From: Vicinamibacterales bacterium
Lineage (GTDB): Bacteria > Acidobacteriota > Vicinamibacteria > Vicinamibacterales > UBA2999
Length of the DNA: 64,000 bases
NCBI GenBank assembly: GCA_041394685.1
Contig: JAWKHU010000061.1
Coordinates: 4,684-68,683, forward strand
Direction of reading: 5' to 3'
In this document: one piece after another, positions 1-11,205 of the stretch
Position numbering within the stretch: the stretch's first letter is position 1
How the letters are laid out: each line of letters starts with the position of its first letter
Position numbers and translations under genes: made by a program
Notes under the pieces: generated by a model
What the model was told of the DNA's origin: nothing
Databases searched by the model: none
What the model saw: only the letters and a program-made list of their open reading frames with translations

Positions 1-352
1 GCGAGCACGTTCGGCAACCTGCGGCAGCGCGGATCCATCAAGGGACTGGGTTCAACCAGGTGGACCTCGTGCTGTCGAAGCGGTTCGAGGATGCCGACAG
101 GACAGCGCACGGAGTTCCGCTGGGAGATCTTCCAGCCTGTTCCGCGACCGCGTCAGCTTCAGCAACCCGGGTGGCGACGCTGCCGGCGGCGCTGCCCTCG
201 TCCAGCCTTGGCGAAGCCAACAAGGTACGCCCGGTCAGCCCTACTCTGCTGGCGCGGCGGGCACGTTCGGCACCCTCACCAGCACCGTCGGTCGGACGGT
301 CGGCCTCGGCACGCCGCGGCAGATGCAGTTCGCCCTGCGCTTCGTGTTCTAG
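1..352 (+). pseudogene. TonB-dependent receptor, C-terminal fragment (gene begins upstream of the window; at least 2 frame changes as assembled)
   Basis: Pieces in three + frames read STFGNL..., DLVLSKRFE..., RTEFRWEIF... and end ...PRQMQFALRFVF* (stop 350-352). This is the same aromatic-terminal barrel ending seen in the 2121..5263 receptor (...RVMQFSFRLFF). Confidence 0.6.
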
Positions 353-429
353 ACCGTGCGCGTCCACCCGTGTGTCCGGCCTGCCGGTACGCGGGGTGCG
401 ATGCGCCCCATGGCCGCATCTGCCGCCGT

Positions 430-530
430 ATGACGAATCGCGCAGACGACGCAGATTCCGGGAACGGGAGGCCGCGGTATCCGCTCCGCCGGGGCCCGCC
501 CCCTATCTGCGCCATCTGCGCCATCCGAGG
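430..530. repeat. Convergent-spacer element C: inverted pair of 9-bp-phased short tandem units
   Basis: CGCAGA occurs at 441-446 and 450-455 (period 9). Its complement TCTGCG occurs at 506-511 and 515-520 (period 9; ATCTGCGCC ATCTGCGCC ATCCGAGGC). A ~49 nt core separates them. The element lies between two convergently ending genes. Confidence 0.45.
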
Positions 531-636
531 CCCGGATGCCGGGCGCTCAGCGTTCTTCACACCTTAGCCGGGGGCCGTGGCGTCCGTGTGACGCGTGCGC
601 GACGGCCACGTAAGACTTCGCCGCGCCCGTCGGCCG

Positions 637-2087
637 CTAGCGTCGAGGGCCGACGTAGATTGGGTTGCCGATCACGGTGGGGTCGCCGGCCTCACGGACC
701 ATGATGGCGACCCAGTCGCCGGGCGCAACCCGCAGCATCCGGGAGGCGTGGCGGGACGCAGGCTGCGTCGCCACGATCTCGCCGTTCCGGATCCACTCCA
801 GCGTCTGCCCGTCGGCACCGTCCACGTCGGCGACGAACTCGACGTCCGTCTCCCCTGCCACGTCGAGCGCTGCGCCCATCTCTACGCGCGTCCCGCCCTG
901 CGTGGCATGGAACTCCAGGGACGGCCCCCGGGGACCGCGCGTGCGGATGTAGACGCGGCCGGACTTGAGGCCGCGCACGATGCCTCCTTCTGACAGCTCG
1001 TCGGCCCAGACGACGGTGGTCGGCTGGCCCACGGCGTAGTCGTCCGTCTCATCGGGCGTGTGCTCGTCGCTGCCACCCACCGCCGTCAGCCGCGCGCCAC
1101 GGTTGAGCCACGCCGCCCAGAGCGGCCAGCCCCACTGGTCGCCGCTGCGCGTCATGCCGTTGACGACTTCCACGCCGTCCACAGCGCCGAGCATCTCGTC
1201 GTCGGTCACGTTCCACCCGCAGCCCATGCAGGTCTCGTCGTCCGGCCGGCCCGGGTGGTTGATGGAGACGAAGGCCCCGCTTTCCCGGATGGCACGCATC
1301 AGCGCGGCGGGTGAGGCGTCCGGCGAGGCGAGCCTGAACTCCGAGAAGGCCCGCTCCCCTGCCGTGTTCGCGTGCCCCCGATAGGTGGTCACCTCGCGCC
1401 CGTGCAGGAGCAGCAGGGTGTCGAAGTACGGCTGCAGGCGATCGACCTCCAGCCAGTGCGACACGGTGTTGTGGTCGGAGAGCGTGATGAAGTCGAGGCC
1501 CTCGCGCGCGGCCGCGGCAAACACGAGGAAGGGCGGCGCACCCACGGCGCGGGGTGTGCCTACTCGCACGCGGCCGTCGGAATGGGCCGAGTGGGCGTGC
1601 AGATCACCCGCATACCAGCCGGGCGCCGTCCGGACCACGGGCCCGTCAACGGGCCGGTCGGTGTCGTGGAGCGTGACGGTCACCGTGAAGCGGTCAACGC
1701 TTCCGGGCCGGATGTTCGGGACGCCGAGCAGTACGGTCCACGCACCGGGCTCGATAGGCCCGGGCAGGTAGCCGGCTGTCGCCGTCACGGCCGACACCGT
1801 GACCACGTCGCCGCGTCCGCCGCTCCAGCCGCGGAATCCAGCCGGACCGCGCAGGCCGACGTCCACGACCGTCCGCCGTTCGGCGCCGGTCACGCGGACG
1901 ACCACTTCGACGCGACGATGTGCCCGGCCGGCACGACGAACGTGCGTTCGAGATACCGCTCGTAGTCGGCGGCGGTGAGTGTTCCCTCGAACGTCTCCAC
2001 GTGCGGAAAAAAGGGGGGAGGCTGCCAGGCGTGGGCAAGCCCCCCCACCAACGTGGAGGCCAGGATGAAGACGGAGAGTCGGGACAC
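637..2087 (-). CDS. Secreted CehA/McbA-like PHP-family metallohydrolase (one frame change near 1900 joins the signal-peptide exon to the body)
   Basis: The 422-aa ORF 637..1905 carries GDLHAHSAHSDG, ITLSDHN and GGSDEH PHP-type metal motifs. ORF 1890..2087 supplies MSRLSVFILASTLVGGLAHA (signal peptide) in another frame. A/G/C homopolymer runs lie at 2005-2050. Confidence 0.75.
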
Positions 2088-2120
2088 CGGCGTCCTCGCT
2101 GCGGATGCCGCGCTCTCCCC

Positions 2121-5100
2121 CTAGAAGAAGAGCCTGAACGAGAACTGCATCACCCGCGGGTCACCGGCCAGCGTGGAGATGGTGCCGGCGTTGGAGCCGG
2201 TGATGTTCGAGTTCGGGTTGCCGAAGTTGGCCCGGTTGAACAGGTTGAACACGTCCCACCGCAGCGAGGCGGCCACCCGGCTCGTGAAGGTCACGCGCTT
2301 CTGCACGCTCATGTCGAAGGCCACGTAGCCGGGGCCCCGCAGGCTGTTGCGGCGCGTGTTGCCGAAGACGCCGCTGGGCACGCGTTCGAAGGCGTTCACG
2401 TTGAACCAGTCGTCCACGTCCTGCGCGCCTTCGGCATCGCCGACCTGGTTCGGCATCCACGTGGCGCCCTCGAGGGAGCCTTGCGTCACCGTGAATGGAC
2501 GTCCGGACCGCGCCGTGTAGATGCCGCTGACGGTCCAGCCGCCGAGGACGGCGTTGCCCACGCCGCCCAGGTCCACCGCACGGCCGTCGCCGAACGGCAG
2601 TTCCGCGACGAAGTTGCCGACGAAGCGGTGCCGGACGTCGAAGTCGCTGGGGCCCTCCCAGGCCTCGATGTCGTTGGTGTCCTGCTGGCGGCCGGAGGTG
2701 GCCGCCAGGTGCTCGGGCGCCTGGTCGCGGGAATCGCTCAGCGTGTAGGCCACACGCCAGCTGTAGCCGCTGCCGAATCGCTTCTCGGCCGACACGTCAA
2801 CGCCGCGGTAGCGCGATTCGCCGATCGGGTCCCGCCACTGGATGTGCGCGAAGTCCGGATACGGCCGCGCGCCGTTGCCGTTGGCCGGCTGGTTGAGGTT
2901 CCGCAGCACCGCGATGTTGCGCCCGATGTTGCCGACGAAGTCGGCCGACACCACGAACTCGCGGCCGAGCTGACGCTCGATCCCCGCCGCGAACTGCTGG
3001 AACTGCGCGTTCACACCGCTCGGATTGGCGGCGCGGATCGGCAGCCGGCTGTAGACGACGTTGGCCGGGTCAGAGGTAGTTGCCGGGAAGCCGTCGCGCA
3101 GGAAGAACACCGGGGTGGTCGTGGACGTCACCGTCTGGTTGTTGTTGATGAGCCCGGGCGGGTTCAGCGCCAGCTGGTCTTCCGAACCGATCCGATCGAT
3201 CGGGTTGTAGAAGATCCCGTAGCCGCCGCGGACCACCGTCCGTTCGTTGGCCTGGTACACGATCCCGATCCGGGGCCCGAAGTTGTTCCGGTCTGGCTTC
3301 ACCAGCGTCCGGTCCTGCAGCGAGCCGTCCGAGGCGAAGACGAGCGTGCCGGTGGCCGGGTCGAAGTTGGCCATCCGGTTGTCGGCCTCATAGGACGGCG
3401 TCATGAAGTCGTAGCGCAGGCCGAGGTTGAGCGTCAGCCGATCAGTGGCGCGCCAGTCGTCCTGCACGAAGAAGGCGGTGGACCAGCGGCGCTGGTTGAC
3501 GATGTGCACGTTCGAGAGCTCGGCCACCGGACGTAGCCCAGCATGAAGTCGGCCAGCGCGTTGCCGGTGTACTGGCCGTTGAAGCCGAGGTTGCCGCGTT
3601 GGACAGGATGTCCATGCTGGTTCAGTCATCAGCTTCATGATGTCGGTGCCGACCTTGATCTGGCGTGTTTGCCTTGAGCCAGGACAGCTGTCGAAGACTG
3701 CATCTGGTCCGTGTGCTGGTCGCTCGGCATGAAGTTGGGCGAAGCCCAGCCGCACGTGGCCCGAGATGCTCGATACCGACGATGCCGCCCGTGACGGTGG
3801 GGTTGGCGGGCACGCCCTGGAAGCCAATCTCGCTCGCCGTCTGGCCGAACGGATCCTGCTGGCCGTCGGAACTGCGCGCGCCCACGACACCCGCGCCTCG
3901 TTGACCATCGACGCGCTGAAGACCCACGTCCAGCCACCCACCGTCGAAGGTGCGAGGTGAGGAAGTTGCGCCCCCAGGCCGACGTGGACATGCATCCACG
4001 AGCCGCCGAGAACCGGGCTCGAAGCGTGTCCGGTCGGTGTAGATGTAGCGGACGAAGATGGTGTCGTTGCCGCCGGCCTTGAGGTCCGTCCGCAGCAGGT
4101 AGCGCTCGCCGTTGTCCTCGACGTTCGGCTGGCGGATGAAGTTGTTGGTGCCGGTGGTATTCAGGAGCGGCACCAGGTTCATCACGTTGCGCGCCACCGG
4201 ATCGATCCGGTTGGCCGGAATCGTGTTGTTCAGGAACGGCAGCCCCGTCAGTGGATCGCGAATCGTCGAGGAGAACACACCGTTGCGCTCGTCGGCCGTT
4301 GCCACACGGCCCGTGCGGAGCACGCCCTGCGTGATCCGGGTGGCCTCGAAGTCGCCGAAGAAGAAGACGCAGTTGCGCAGCAGCGGTCCGCCCAGTTACA
4401 GCGCCGAACTGGTTCACTGGTCGTTGGACGGCTTGTCGAGGTTCGAGCGTTCAGCGGTAGGTGCGGCTGTCGAAGCGCTCGTCCCGGTAGTCGTAGGCCG
4501 TCCCCGCAGCTGGTTGTTCCCGACAAATGGTCACGACGATGGCGCCAGGGCGCTGTATGCTCGGCCGCGAAGGGGCTGGTGACCACCTTGAACTCGCCGA
4601 TCCATCGATCTGACGGACGTGACACCTGCGTGCTCAGCTCCTGCACGTTGGTGGAGATCGAGTTGTTGTCCACGCCGTCGAGGAGGAAGTTGTTCTGCAG
4701 GGACCGGTTGCCGTGGACGCTGACGCCGCCGGTGCGTCCGGCGTTGGTCGTGCCGGTCTGCTCCGTGTAGCGATCACCCTGGACGCCGGGCACTGTGAAC
4801 AGGAGATCGTCCCAGTTGCGGATGGCCGGCGGCAGGTTCTGGCGACCTCGGCACGGCTCACCACCGTGCCCACGACCGCGGACTGGGTGTCGAGGAGCGG
4901 CGTGACGCCCTCGACCCGCACCGTCTCCCCCACCGAGCCGACGGCCAGCGCAAGTCCAGGCGCGCCCGCTGGCCGATGGACAGCTCGACGGTCTGCGCGA
5001 GCGTCTGGAACCCCTGGGCCGCCGCCTCGTCCATGCTGCCCCAGGCCGAGGTTCCCGTCGATTACGCACCGTCCGCGGTGGTCGCGGCCCGTGCCTCGAC

Positions 5101-5263
5101 GCCCGTGGACGGGCTCGTCAGCGTCACCGTCGCGCCGGCGATGACCGCGTCGGACGGATCCTTCACGGTTCCGGTCACCTTCGTGACCGATCGACACAGG
5201 CGACAGCCATGGCCGGCGGTCCCGAGCACCACACACCACTCCAATGAGAAGCAATCTGCGCAT
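2121..5263 (-). pseudogene. TonB-dependent receptor with N-terminal carboxypeptidase-regulatory-like domain (multiple frame changes as assembled)
   Basis: Start MRRLLLIGVV at 5263. VTGTVKDPSDAVIAGATVTLTSPSTG is a CarboxypepD_reg-like stretch. VRVEGVTPLLDTQSAVVG and VHGNRSLQNNFLLDGVDNN are plug motifs. A long barrel follows, ending FSFRLFF* at 2121. The fragments lie in ORFs 4634..5497, 4248..5069, 3622..4323 and 2121..3995. Confidence 0.85.
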
Positions 5264-5366
5264 GGCTCCCGAGCGTGAAGTCGCTCGACGTTCCGGCGAC
5301 GTGCGACAACGGTGTTGCCCGCCGGCGTCGCGCGCCATCGTCACCACCGGATGGTAGACGTGCGGC

Positions 5367-6416
5367 ATGTCGATCCGCGCGACCGTATCCGCTCTCCTGG
5401 TGCTCACCGTGCTCGCAACGCCACTTCCGGCAGCGCCGGCATCCGCACCGGCGGACGCGCTGGCGCCGGGTGCGCGCGTGTATCTGCACGCGCACAACTG
5501 CTATCCGGACCGCGGCCAGTGGACCGATCGCATAGCGCGCGCGCTCGGCACCGGCGCGCGCCACATCGCGATCGAGCAGGACCTGGTCTGGGTACCGCCC
5601 GCGAACGGCAGGCCAGGCCGATCGGTGGTGGCGCACGACGTGCCGGCACGCGGCGACGAGCCCTCGCTCGAGGACCACTTCTTCGCGGCCGTGGCGCCGA
5701 TGATGGAGCAGGCCCTTGCGGACCCGCATCCCGAGGCATGGCCGCTGCTCGTCCTGCACTTCGACTTCAAGACGAACGAACCCGAACACCACGCGTTCGT
5801 CTGGGACCTGCTCGGCCGCCATCAGCAGTGGCTGACCACGGCCACTCGCACGGCCGATGGGGCACCGCCCTCGGCACTGACTCCGGGACCGCTGCTCGTA
5901 CTCACCGAGAGCGGCGAGGGCCAGGAACGCGACTTCCACGACCGCCTGCCTGTCGGCGGCCTCCTCCGCCTCTTCGGCACCGTCCCGCCGGCCGACATCG
6001 CGCTGCCGGCGTCACCCGAAGGCCGGGCCGAGGCTGGTGTGCGGATGACGCCGGAGCAACTGATCCCGTCCGGCGCGACGAGCTATCGCCGCTGGACCAA
6101 CCACTCGTGGGCCGTCATCGAAGCGGGCGGAGCGCCGCGTGCGGGGGCGTGGACGGTCGCAGACCGCGCCCGGCTCGACGCCGTCGTGCAACGAGCGCAC
6201 GCGCTGGGGCTCTGGGTGCGCTTCTACACCCTCAACGGCTACGCCGACGCCGGCCAGGGGTGGTCGGCGGGCTACAACTTCGGGTCGGCCGATGCCGTCG
6301 CCGCGCGATGGGAGGCCGCCATCGACGACGGCGTGGAGTTCGTGGCCAGCGACCAGTACGAGGCCTTCGCCGCGGCACTGGGCCGCCGCCCGGGCGGGGC
6401 TCCGGCCGGGCGCTGA
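5367..6416 (+). CDS. Secreted hypothetical protein, PLC-like/phosphodiesterase TIM-barrel-like
   Basis: Intact 349-aa ORF. Signal peptide ALLVLTVLATPLPAAPASA. The YLHAHNCYPD and HIAIEQDL motifs resemble Ca-dependent PI-PLC-like / GDPD-like folds. The family assignment is from memory, not from a search. Confidence 0.6.
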   Translation: MSIRATVSALLVLTVLATPLPAAPASAPADALAPGARVYLHAHNCYPDRGQWTDRIARALGTGARHIAIEQDLVWVPPANGRPGRSVVAHDVPARGDEPSLEDHFFAAVAPMMEQALADPHPEAWPLLVLHFDFKTNEPEHHAFVWDLLGRHQQWLTTATRTADGAPPSALTPGPLLVLTESGEGQERDFHDRLPVGGLLRLFGTVPPADIALPASPEGRAEAGVRMTPEQLIPSGATSYRRWTNHSWAVIEAGGAPRAGAWTVADRARLDAVVQRAHALGLWVRFYTLNGYADAGQGWSAGYNFGSADAVAARWEAAIDDGVEFVASDQYEAFAAALGRRPGGAPAGR

Positions 6417-6558
6417 TGGTCATGCGGAATTTTCGCGAGTGACGACCGGATGTCATCCGGCGGGCGCATGCTGTCCACCGGAGGACTCGTATCTACGACC
6501 TTTCGCCGCCCTGACCGAGCAGCGCTGGGACGATCACCGCTTCTACCACCACAACCGG

Positions 6559-7098
6559 ATGAACCAGGCGCTCCACCTGCTGAGCGCGCTCGCCTTCCTG
6601 ACAGTTTACGGGCTGCTGTTCCTGTCGCCGGCGCTGGCCGTGCTCCTGGCCTGGCTGGTGGCCATGCCGTCCCGGCAGATCGGGCACTTCTTCTTCGAAC
6701 CGCACGAGTACGACCACGTCAACGACGCCTCGCACGAGCACAAGGAGGCGATCAAGGTGGGCTACAACCTGTTCCGGAAGATCGTGCTGCTGACGATCTG
6801 GGCGCTGTCGCCGCTCCTGCTGGCGGCCAGCCCGTCGCTCTGGGGGCTGCTGTCACCGGCCGCGTCGTTCGCGCACCTCGCGGACAACGTGGCGATGATC
6901 TGGCTCGCCATCGCGGTCGGCGCCGTGCTCTTCCGCACGCTGCAGCTCTTCGTCATCCGCGACGTGCAGACGGGCCTGGTGTGGTGCACGAAGATCCTGA
7001 CGGACCCCTTCCACGACGTGAAGCTCTATCACCGCGCCCCGCTCCAGGTGCTGCGCGGCGAGCTCTACGAGCCGGCGGTGCTCGAGCCCAGGGCCTGA
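6559..7098 (+). CDS. Mpo1/DUF962-like integral membrane protein (start uncertain; conserved residues continue upstream to about 6505 without an ATG)
   Basis: C-terminal part of ORF 6139..7098: ...RWDDHRFYHHNRMNQALHLLSALAFL..., the motif QIGHFFFEPHEYDH, and about 4 hydrophobic helices. The upstream part of the ORF is R/P/T-rich and looks non-coding. Confidence 0.6.
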   Translation: MNQALHLLSALAFLTVYGLLFLSPALAVLLAWLVAMPSRQIGHFFFEPHEYDHVNDASHEHKEAIKVGYNLFRKIVLLTIWALSPLLLAASPSLWGLLSPAASFAHLADNVAMIWLAIAVGAVLFRTLQLFVIRDVQTGLVWCTKILTDPFHDVKLYHRAPLQVLRGELYEPAVLEPRA

Positions 7099-8784
7099 GC
7101 GGGCCGTCCGCCTCGGCCGATGCACGCGCGCATCAGCTCCCGGGCCACCTGCCGCTTCAGGTCGGCGTTGGTGGCCCCGGGAGCGCACCACCACCAGCCG
7201 CCCGCGCGCATGGCCGAGGCCGCCGCGACGAAGCGGTCCGCCACCGCCGCGAAGTCGGCGTCGGTGTACGCGTGGCTGAAGATCAGCCGGCCCGAGCCCA
7301 CCCACGACAGCGACAACCCATGGGCCCGCAGGTAGAACTGGAACATCCAGTTGTAGCGCGACGGCGTGCTGTAGGTCACGGTGGCGACCGACACCAAGTG
7401 AGCCACGCGCACCGGGAGGCGCTCGCGCTCGAGCCTGGCGTTGAGGCTTCCGAATCGCGAGGCCCATCGGAGCTCGAGACCCGCGTAGCCCTCGGCCAGC
7501 GGTGCCTCCCCGGCCGGACCGGGTTCGTCGAGCCGGCGCAGGAACGCCTGCATGGCGGCCATCACGTAGGGATGCGCATTGAAGGTGCCGCGCGCGAAGC
7601 AGACGTCGGAGGGCCGGTCCTCGCGGAAGCGGCGCATCAGCTCCCGCCTCCCGCAGACGACGCCGACCGGGAAGCCGCCGCCCACGGTCTTGCCGTAGGT
7701 GACCATGTCGGCGGCGACGCCGAAGAACTCTGCGCGCCGCCGCGCGCAGCCGGAACCCGAGGAACACCTCATCGAAGATGAGCACGATGCGTGCGGTGCA
7801 GACGTCGCGCAGCCTCGCCCAGCCACGCGAGTGGGCGGCCTTGTCGAAGCGGGCGGTGCGATCGCTCGCAATCAGGGTCCGTCGCCGGGAGCGGGACGAT
7901 TCGGGTGCAGGGCCTGCAGCGGACCGAGCCGGGGACGCACGCGATGTCGCGGCGCGTGCGCAGCACCTCGAGCGTGCGATCGTCCATGTCGCCGGAGCGT
8001 GTAGACGTCGTGAACGACGCGCGGGTTGCCGATGCCAGGCTGCACCCCGTCCCGCCAGCCGTGATACGCGCCGCAGAACTGGACCACGTGGGAGCAGCGT
8101 GTGTAGTACTTGCCTTGAGCCGGACCGCCTGCATGACCGCCTCGGTGCCGGACGCTGTGGAACGACACCTCGACGAGCCCAGAGATGGCGCGGAGCCGCC
8201 GGGCATTGTCCGCCACGAGCGGGTGGTAGCTGCCGAGCACCAGGCCGAGCGCCCGCACCTGCCGGACGGCGTCGTCCATGCAGGCGCGATAGACATCGGT
8301 GCCGAACACGTTCACACCGTAGGAGCCGGCGACGTCGTAGCTCTCGTTGCCGTCGAGGTCGGTCACCATCACGCCGGCGGCCTCCTCCACGAATGCACCG
8401 GACGCCAGCGCCGCGCGGACTTCGCGGCTGAACTGGAACGGCACCCGAAATGCCCGGCCGACGAACTGCAGGTCAGAATCGACGCGGCGGCGGCGCGGTC
8501 GCCGCCCGCGTGCGCGGCGATCGGTCACGAGCTGCGATGCCAGCGCAGTGAAGGCCCGGCGGCGCTCGCCGGCGACCTCGAGGGCACCGTCGCAGGCGAA
8601 GAACGCGTCCTCGTCATCACTCGTAGAACGGCAGAAGGCGGGCCAGGCGATCTTCGACCATCTCGCATGCCCGCTGCAGCGAGGGATGCTTCGCGCGGGA
8701 CAGCTGCCATCGACGGCGTACGCGCAGGCCGAGCCACCAGCCCACCGGCGCCAGCAGCGCCATCAGGAACCAGGATGCATGCAT
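7065..8784 (-). pseudogene. Class-III (GSA-aminomutase-like) PLP aminotransferase with N-terminal TM helix (several frame changes as assembled)
   Basis: N-terminus MHASWFLMALLAPVGWWLGL...LLPFYE, then an in-frame double stop near 8625. The sequence continues in other frames: DEDAFFACDG, VSFHSSGTEAVMQAVRL, CGAYHGW, LIFDEVFLGFR, DMVTYGKTVGGGFPVG, GTFNAHP. An alternative start is M at 8763. Confidence 0.75.
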
Positions 8785-9613
8785 TGGACGGTCTCAACTT
8801 CACGCTGACGAATCGGATTCCCCGACGGATGGCCGGCCGGGTGATGGCTGGATCAGCGGCCTCGAACAGCCCCTCGTCGCCGGGGTGTCGATCCGCGCCC
8901 TCGAGCTGTTCGCCGGCGACCTCCGCCTCGACGAGGCCGTGGACGCACTTCCCCAGCCTGCGGGCGTGCTTCACGCGCCGGCTCCGGCCGGATGCCCGTC
9001 CCATCGACCACAGGCCCACGGTCGTCGTCAGCCCGTGCGACGGGATCGTGATGGCGTGCGGGCCCGTGCGCGACTCGACGGTGGTCCAGGCCAAGGGACA
9101 CGATACGCGGTCCGGGAACTGCTCGACCACCCGGGTCTGGCCGCACGCGCCACCACCGAGGGCACGTTCGTCACGCTGCGTCTGACCGCGGCCGTATCAC
9201 CGCTTCCATGCGCCGTGTGACGCGGTCGTGGACGGCGTGCGCTTCGTGCCGGGCGACTCGTGGAACGTCAACCCCGCGACCGTCGCGCGCGTGCCGCGCG
9301 TCTACTGCCGCAACACGCGTGTCGTGATTCCGCTGCGACCGCGGCGCCTACCAGGCCTGACCGTGGTGCCCGTGGGTGCCGTGCTGGTGTCGAGCATCCA
9401 GCGCTGGCGTTCGTCGCGGACGGCCGGCTGCAGCCGGGCCACGTGCCGTGCAGCGCCGTCCTCCGGCGCGGTGACGGGATGGGCCACTTCGAGCACGGCT
9501 CCACCGTCGTGATCCTGGCCGAGCGCGGGCTGGAGTTGGAGCCGCACGTCAGCGCAGGCGCCGTGATTCGAATGGGCCGGCCGCTGTGGCGCCGCGCCGC
9601 AGACGCTCGGTGA
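8775..9613 (+). pseudogene. psd: Phosphatidylserine decarboxylase-related protein (at least 3 frame changes as assembled)
   Basis: Fragments: MHALDGLNFTLTNRIPRR, VVSPCDGIV...VVQAKG, GTFVTLRLTAA, DGVRFVPGDSWNVNP, and HFEHGSTVVILAE, which holds the G-S-T self-cleavage motif. They lie in ORFs 7791..9185, 8885..9220, 9228..9512 and 9260..9613. Confidence 0.75.
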
Positions 9614-10034
9614 CGGTGTCGTGCTCGTCGCCGCCGTCGGTCTGCTCGACGATGGCGCCGAGCGCGTAGTAGACGGACTCGAGGAGCGGCAGGACCGCCC
9701 AGTCGGAGGCGGGGTATCGCAGGACGAGGAACAGGCCCCAGATCGACAGCACGGTACCGACGTACTGCAGGACCGGGATCCGGTGAAGGGGAAGCCGTGG
9801 ACCCGGCACCTCGTGTCCGAGCCGGTTGCCGTAGAACACGCCGGTCACGCCCGGCCGGGCAAAGACTCCGAGGTTGAGCAGCTGCCCGGCGGCCATCAGC
9901 GCAGCGCCAGCGGCGGAAGGCCCCAGCGCGCTCTGTCTCGCGCCGAGGTGCCCTCGCCGTGCACGACACACCAAGCCGCGAAGACCCCGGCCTGGGAAAG
10001 CGAACAGGACGAACAGGACGGCCAGCACCGTCAC
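9549..10034 (-). CDS. Phospholipid/isoprenylcysteine methyltransferase-family (PEMT/ICMT-like) membrane protein; the N-terminus may extend to about 10150 through frame changes
   Basis: 161-aa ORF with multi-TM character. GVFYGNRLGHEV...IPVLQYVGTVLSIWGLFLVL resembles the PEMT family core. The 3' end overlaps the psd 3' end by 65 nt, so one of the two termini is probably wrong. Confidence 0.55.
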   Translation of the reverse strand: MTVLAVLFVLFAFPGRGLRGLVCRARRGHLGARQSALGPSAAGAALMAAGQLLNLGVFARPGVTGVFYGNRLGHEVPGPRLPLHRIPVLQYVGTVLSIWGLFLVLRYPASDWAVLPLLESVYYALGAIVEQTDGGDEHDTVTERLRRGATAAGPFESRRLR

Positions 10035-10238
10035 GGGTTCCCGGTTCGGGACCAGGCGGTCACTGAGACGGGCGAAGAAGCCCGGCCGGTCACCGAATGC
10101 GACCGTCGCACAGGCGCTCGAGGGCGAGGGCCGCCGCGGCGGCCCCCAGCATCCATGCGTTCACCGATGACAACGGTAGCCGTGTCACATGACCGGAGCG
10201 TGACGGTCATGCGACATCGGCTTGTCATCGCGACGGCC

Positions 10239-11138
10239 CTACGAGCAGCAGTCCGGCCCGCAGCAGCCTGGGCTTCGGAATCCAGCATCCTGACTTCCTG
10301 ACTTCTCAGGTCCAGGCTTGCGCGCGCGCACAAGGCGCTCATGAAGCGCCCGTCCACCGGATTCCGGCGAGCCCGTCGGTCGCCACCCCGGCACTGGCGG
10401 GAAGGCCCTGGCGTCTTCCGGCCCGGTAGATGCGGGTCGGCTCAACGTCGATGGCCTCGAAGCCCGCCGCGGCCAGCTTGCTGCCAATGCTCCTGCTCTT
10501 CCAGCGCACCCGCCACGCAGCCGATCCACAGCTCATGTTGCGCCGGATCTCGGCAGGCACATCGGCGCCGCGCACGACCACGTCCGAGACGGCGAAGCGG
10601 CCGCCCGGCTTCCAGGACGCGAAAGGCCTCGCGCAACACAGCGTCCTTGTCGGCCCGACAGGTTGATCACGCGCAATTGAGATAGTGACGTCCACCGAGT
10701 CGTTCGGGAGCGGAATGTGCTCGATCTCGCCTCGGAGGAACTCCGTTGGTGAGGGCTGGACTTGCGCTGGTTCTCGCGGGCGAGCGCGAGCATGTCGTCG
10801 GTCATGTCGAGGCCGTAGGCCTTGCCGCCGGGCGAGACGCGCCAGGCCGAGAGCAGGACGTCGATGCCGCCGCCGGACCCCAGGTCCAGGACCGTCTCAC
10901 CCGGCGTGAGCTCGGCCAGCGCGGTCGGGTTACGCATCCGAGCGACGCGATGACGGCCTCGACCGGCAGCGTGCCAATCTGCTCCACGTCGTAGAGGTTG
11001 CCGGTGATGGGATCCTCGCACCGCCCTCCGTGGCGCCGCAGCCGCAGCTGGTCCGCCCCTCGGCCGCCCGGCACCTCGCGGCCTCGCCATCTTCTCCTTC
11101 ACCACCGACTGGATGTCGGTTCCCGTGTCCGCTGCCAT
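10239..11138 (-). pseudogene. arsM: Arsenite S-adenosylmethionine methyltransferase (many frame changes as assembled)
   Basis: Fragments: [65 protein letters not shown] (SAM motif), [41 protein letters not shown], and a C-terminal ...GCCGPDCCS. Confidence 0.8.
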
Positions 11139-11154
11139 GGTGAGCCTCCCTATG

Positions 11155-11172
11155 TATTCGCTCATGCGAATA
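11155..11172. promoter_or_regulatory. Candidate ArsR operator in the arsM/arsR divergent spacer
   Basis: Perfect 7-bp inverted repeat TATTCGC-tcat-GCGAATA. The half-site GCGAATAT recurs at 11200-11207. The spacer is unusually AT-rich. Confidence 0.5.
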
Positions 11173-11205
11173 TCCGTGACCGGTGATATATTTGTCAAGG
11201 CGAAT

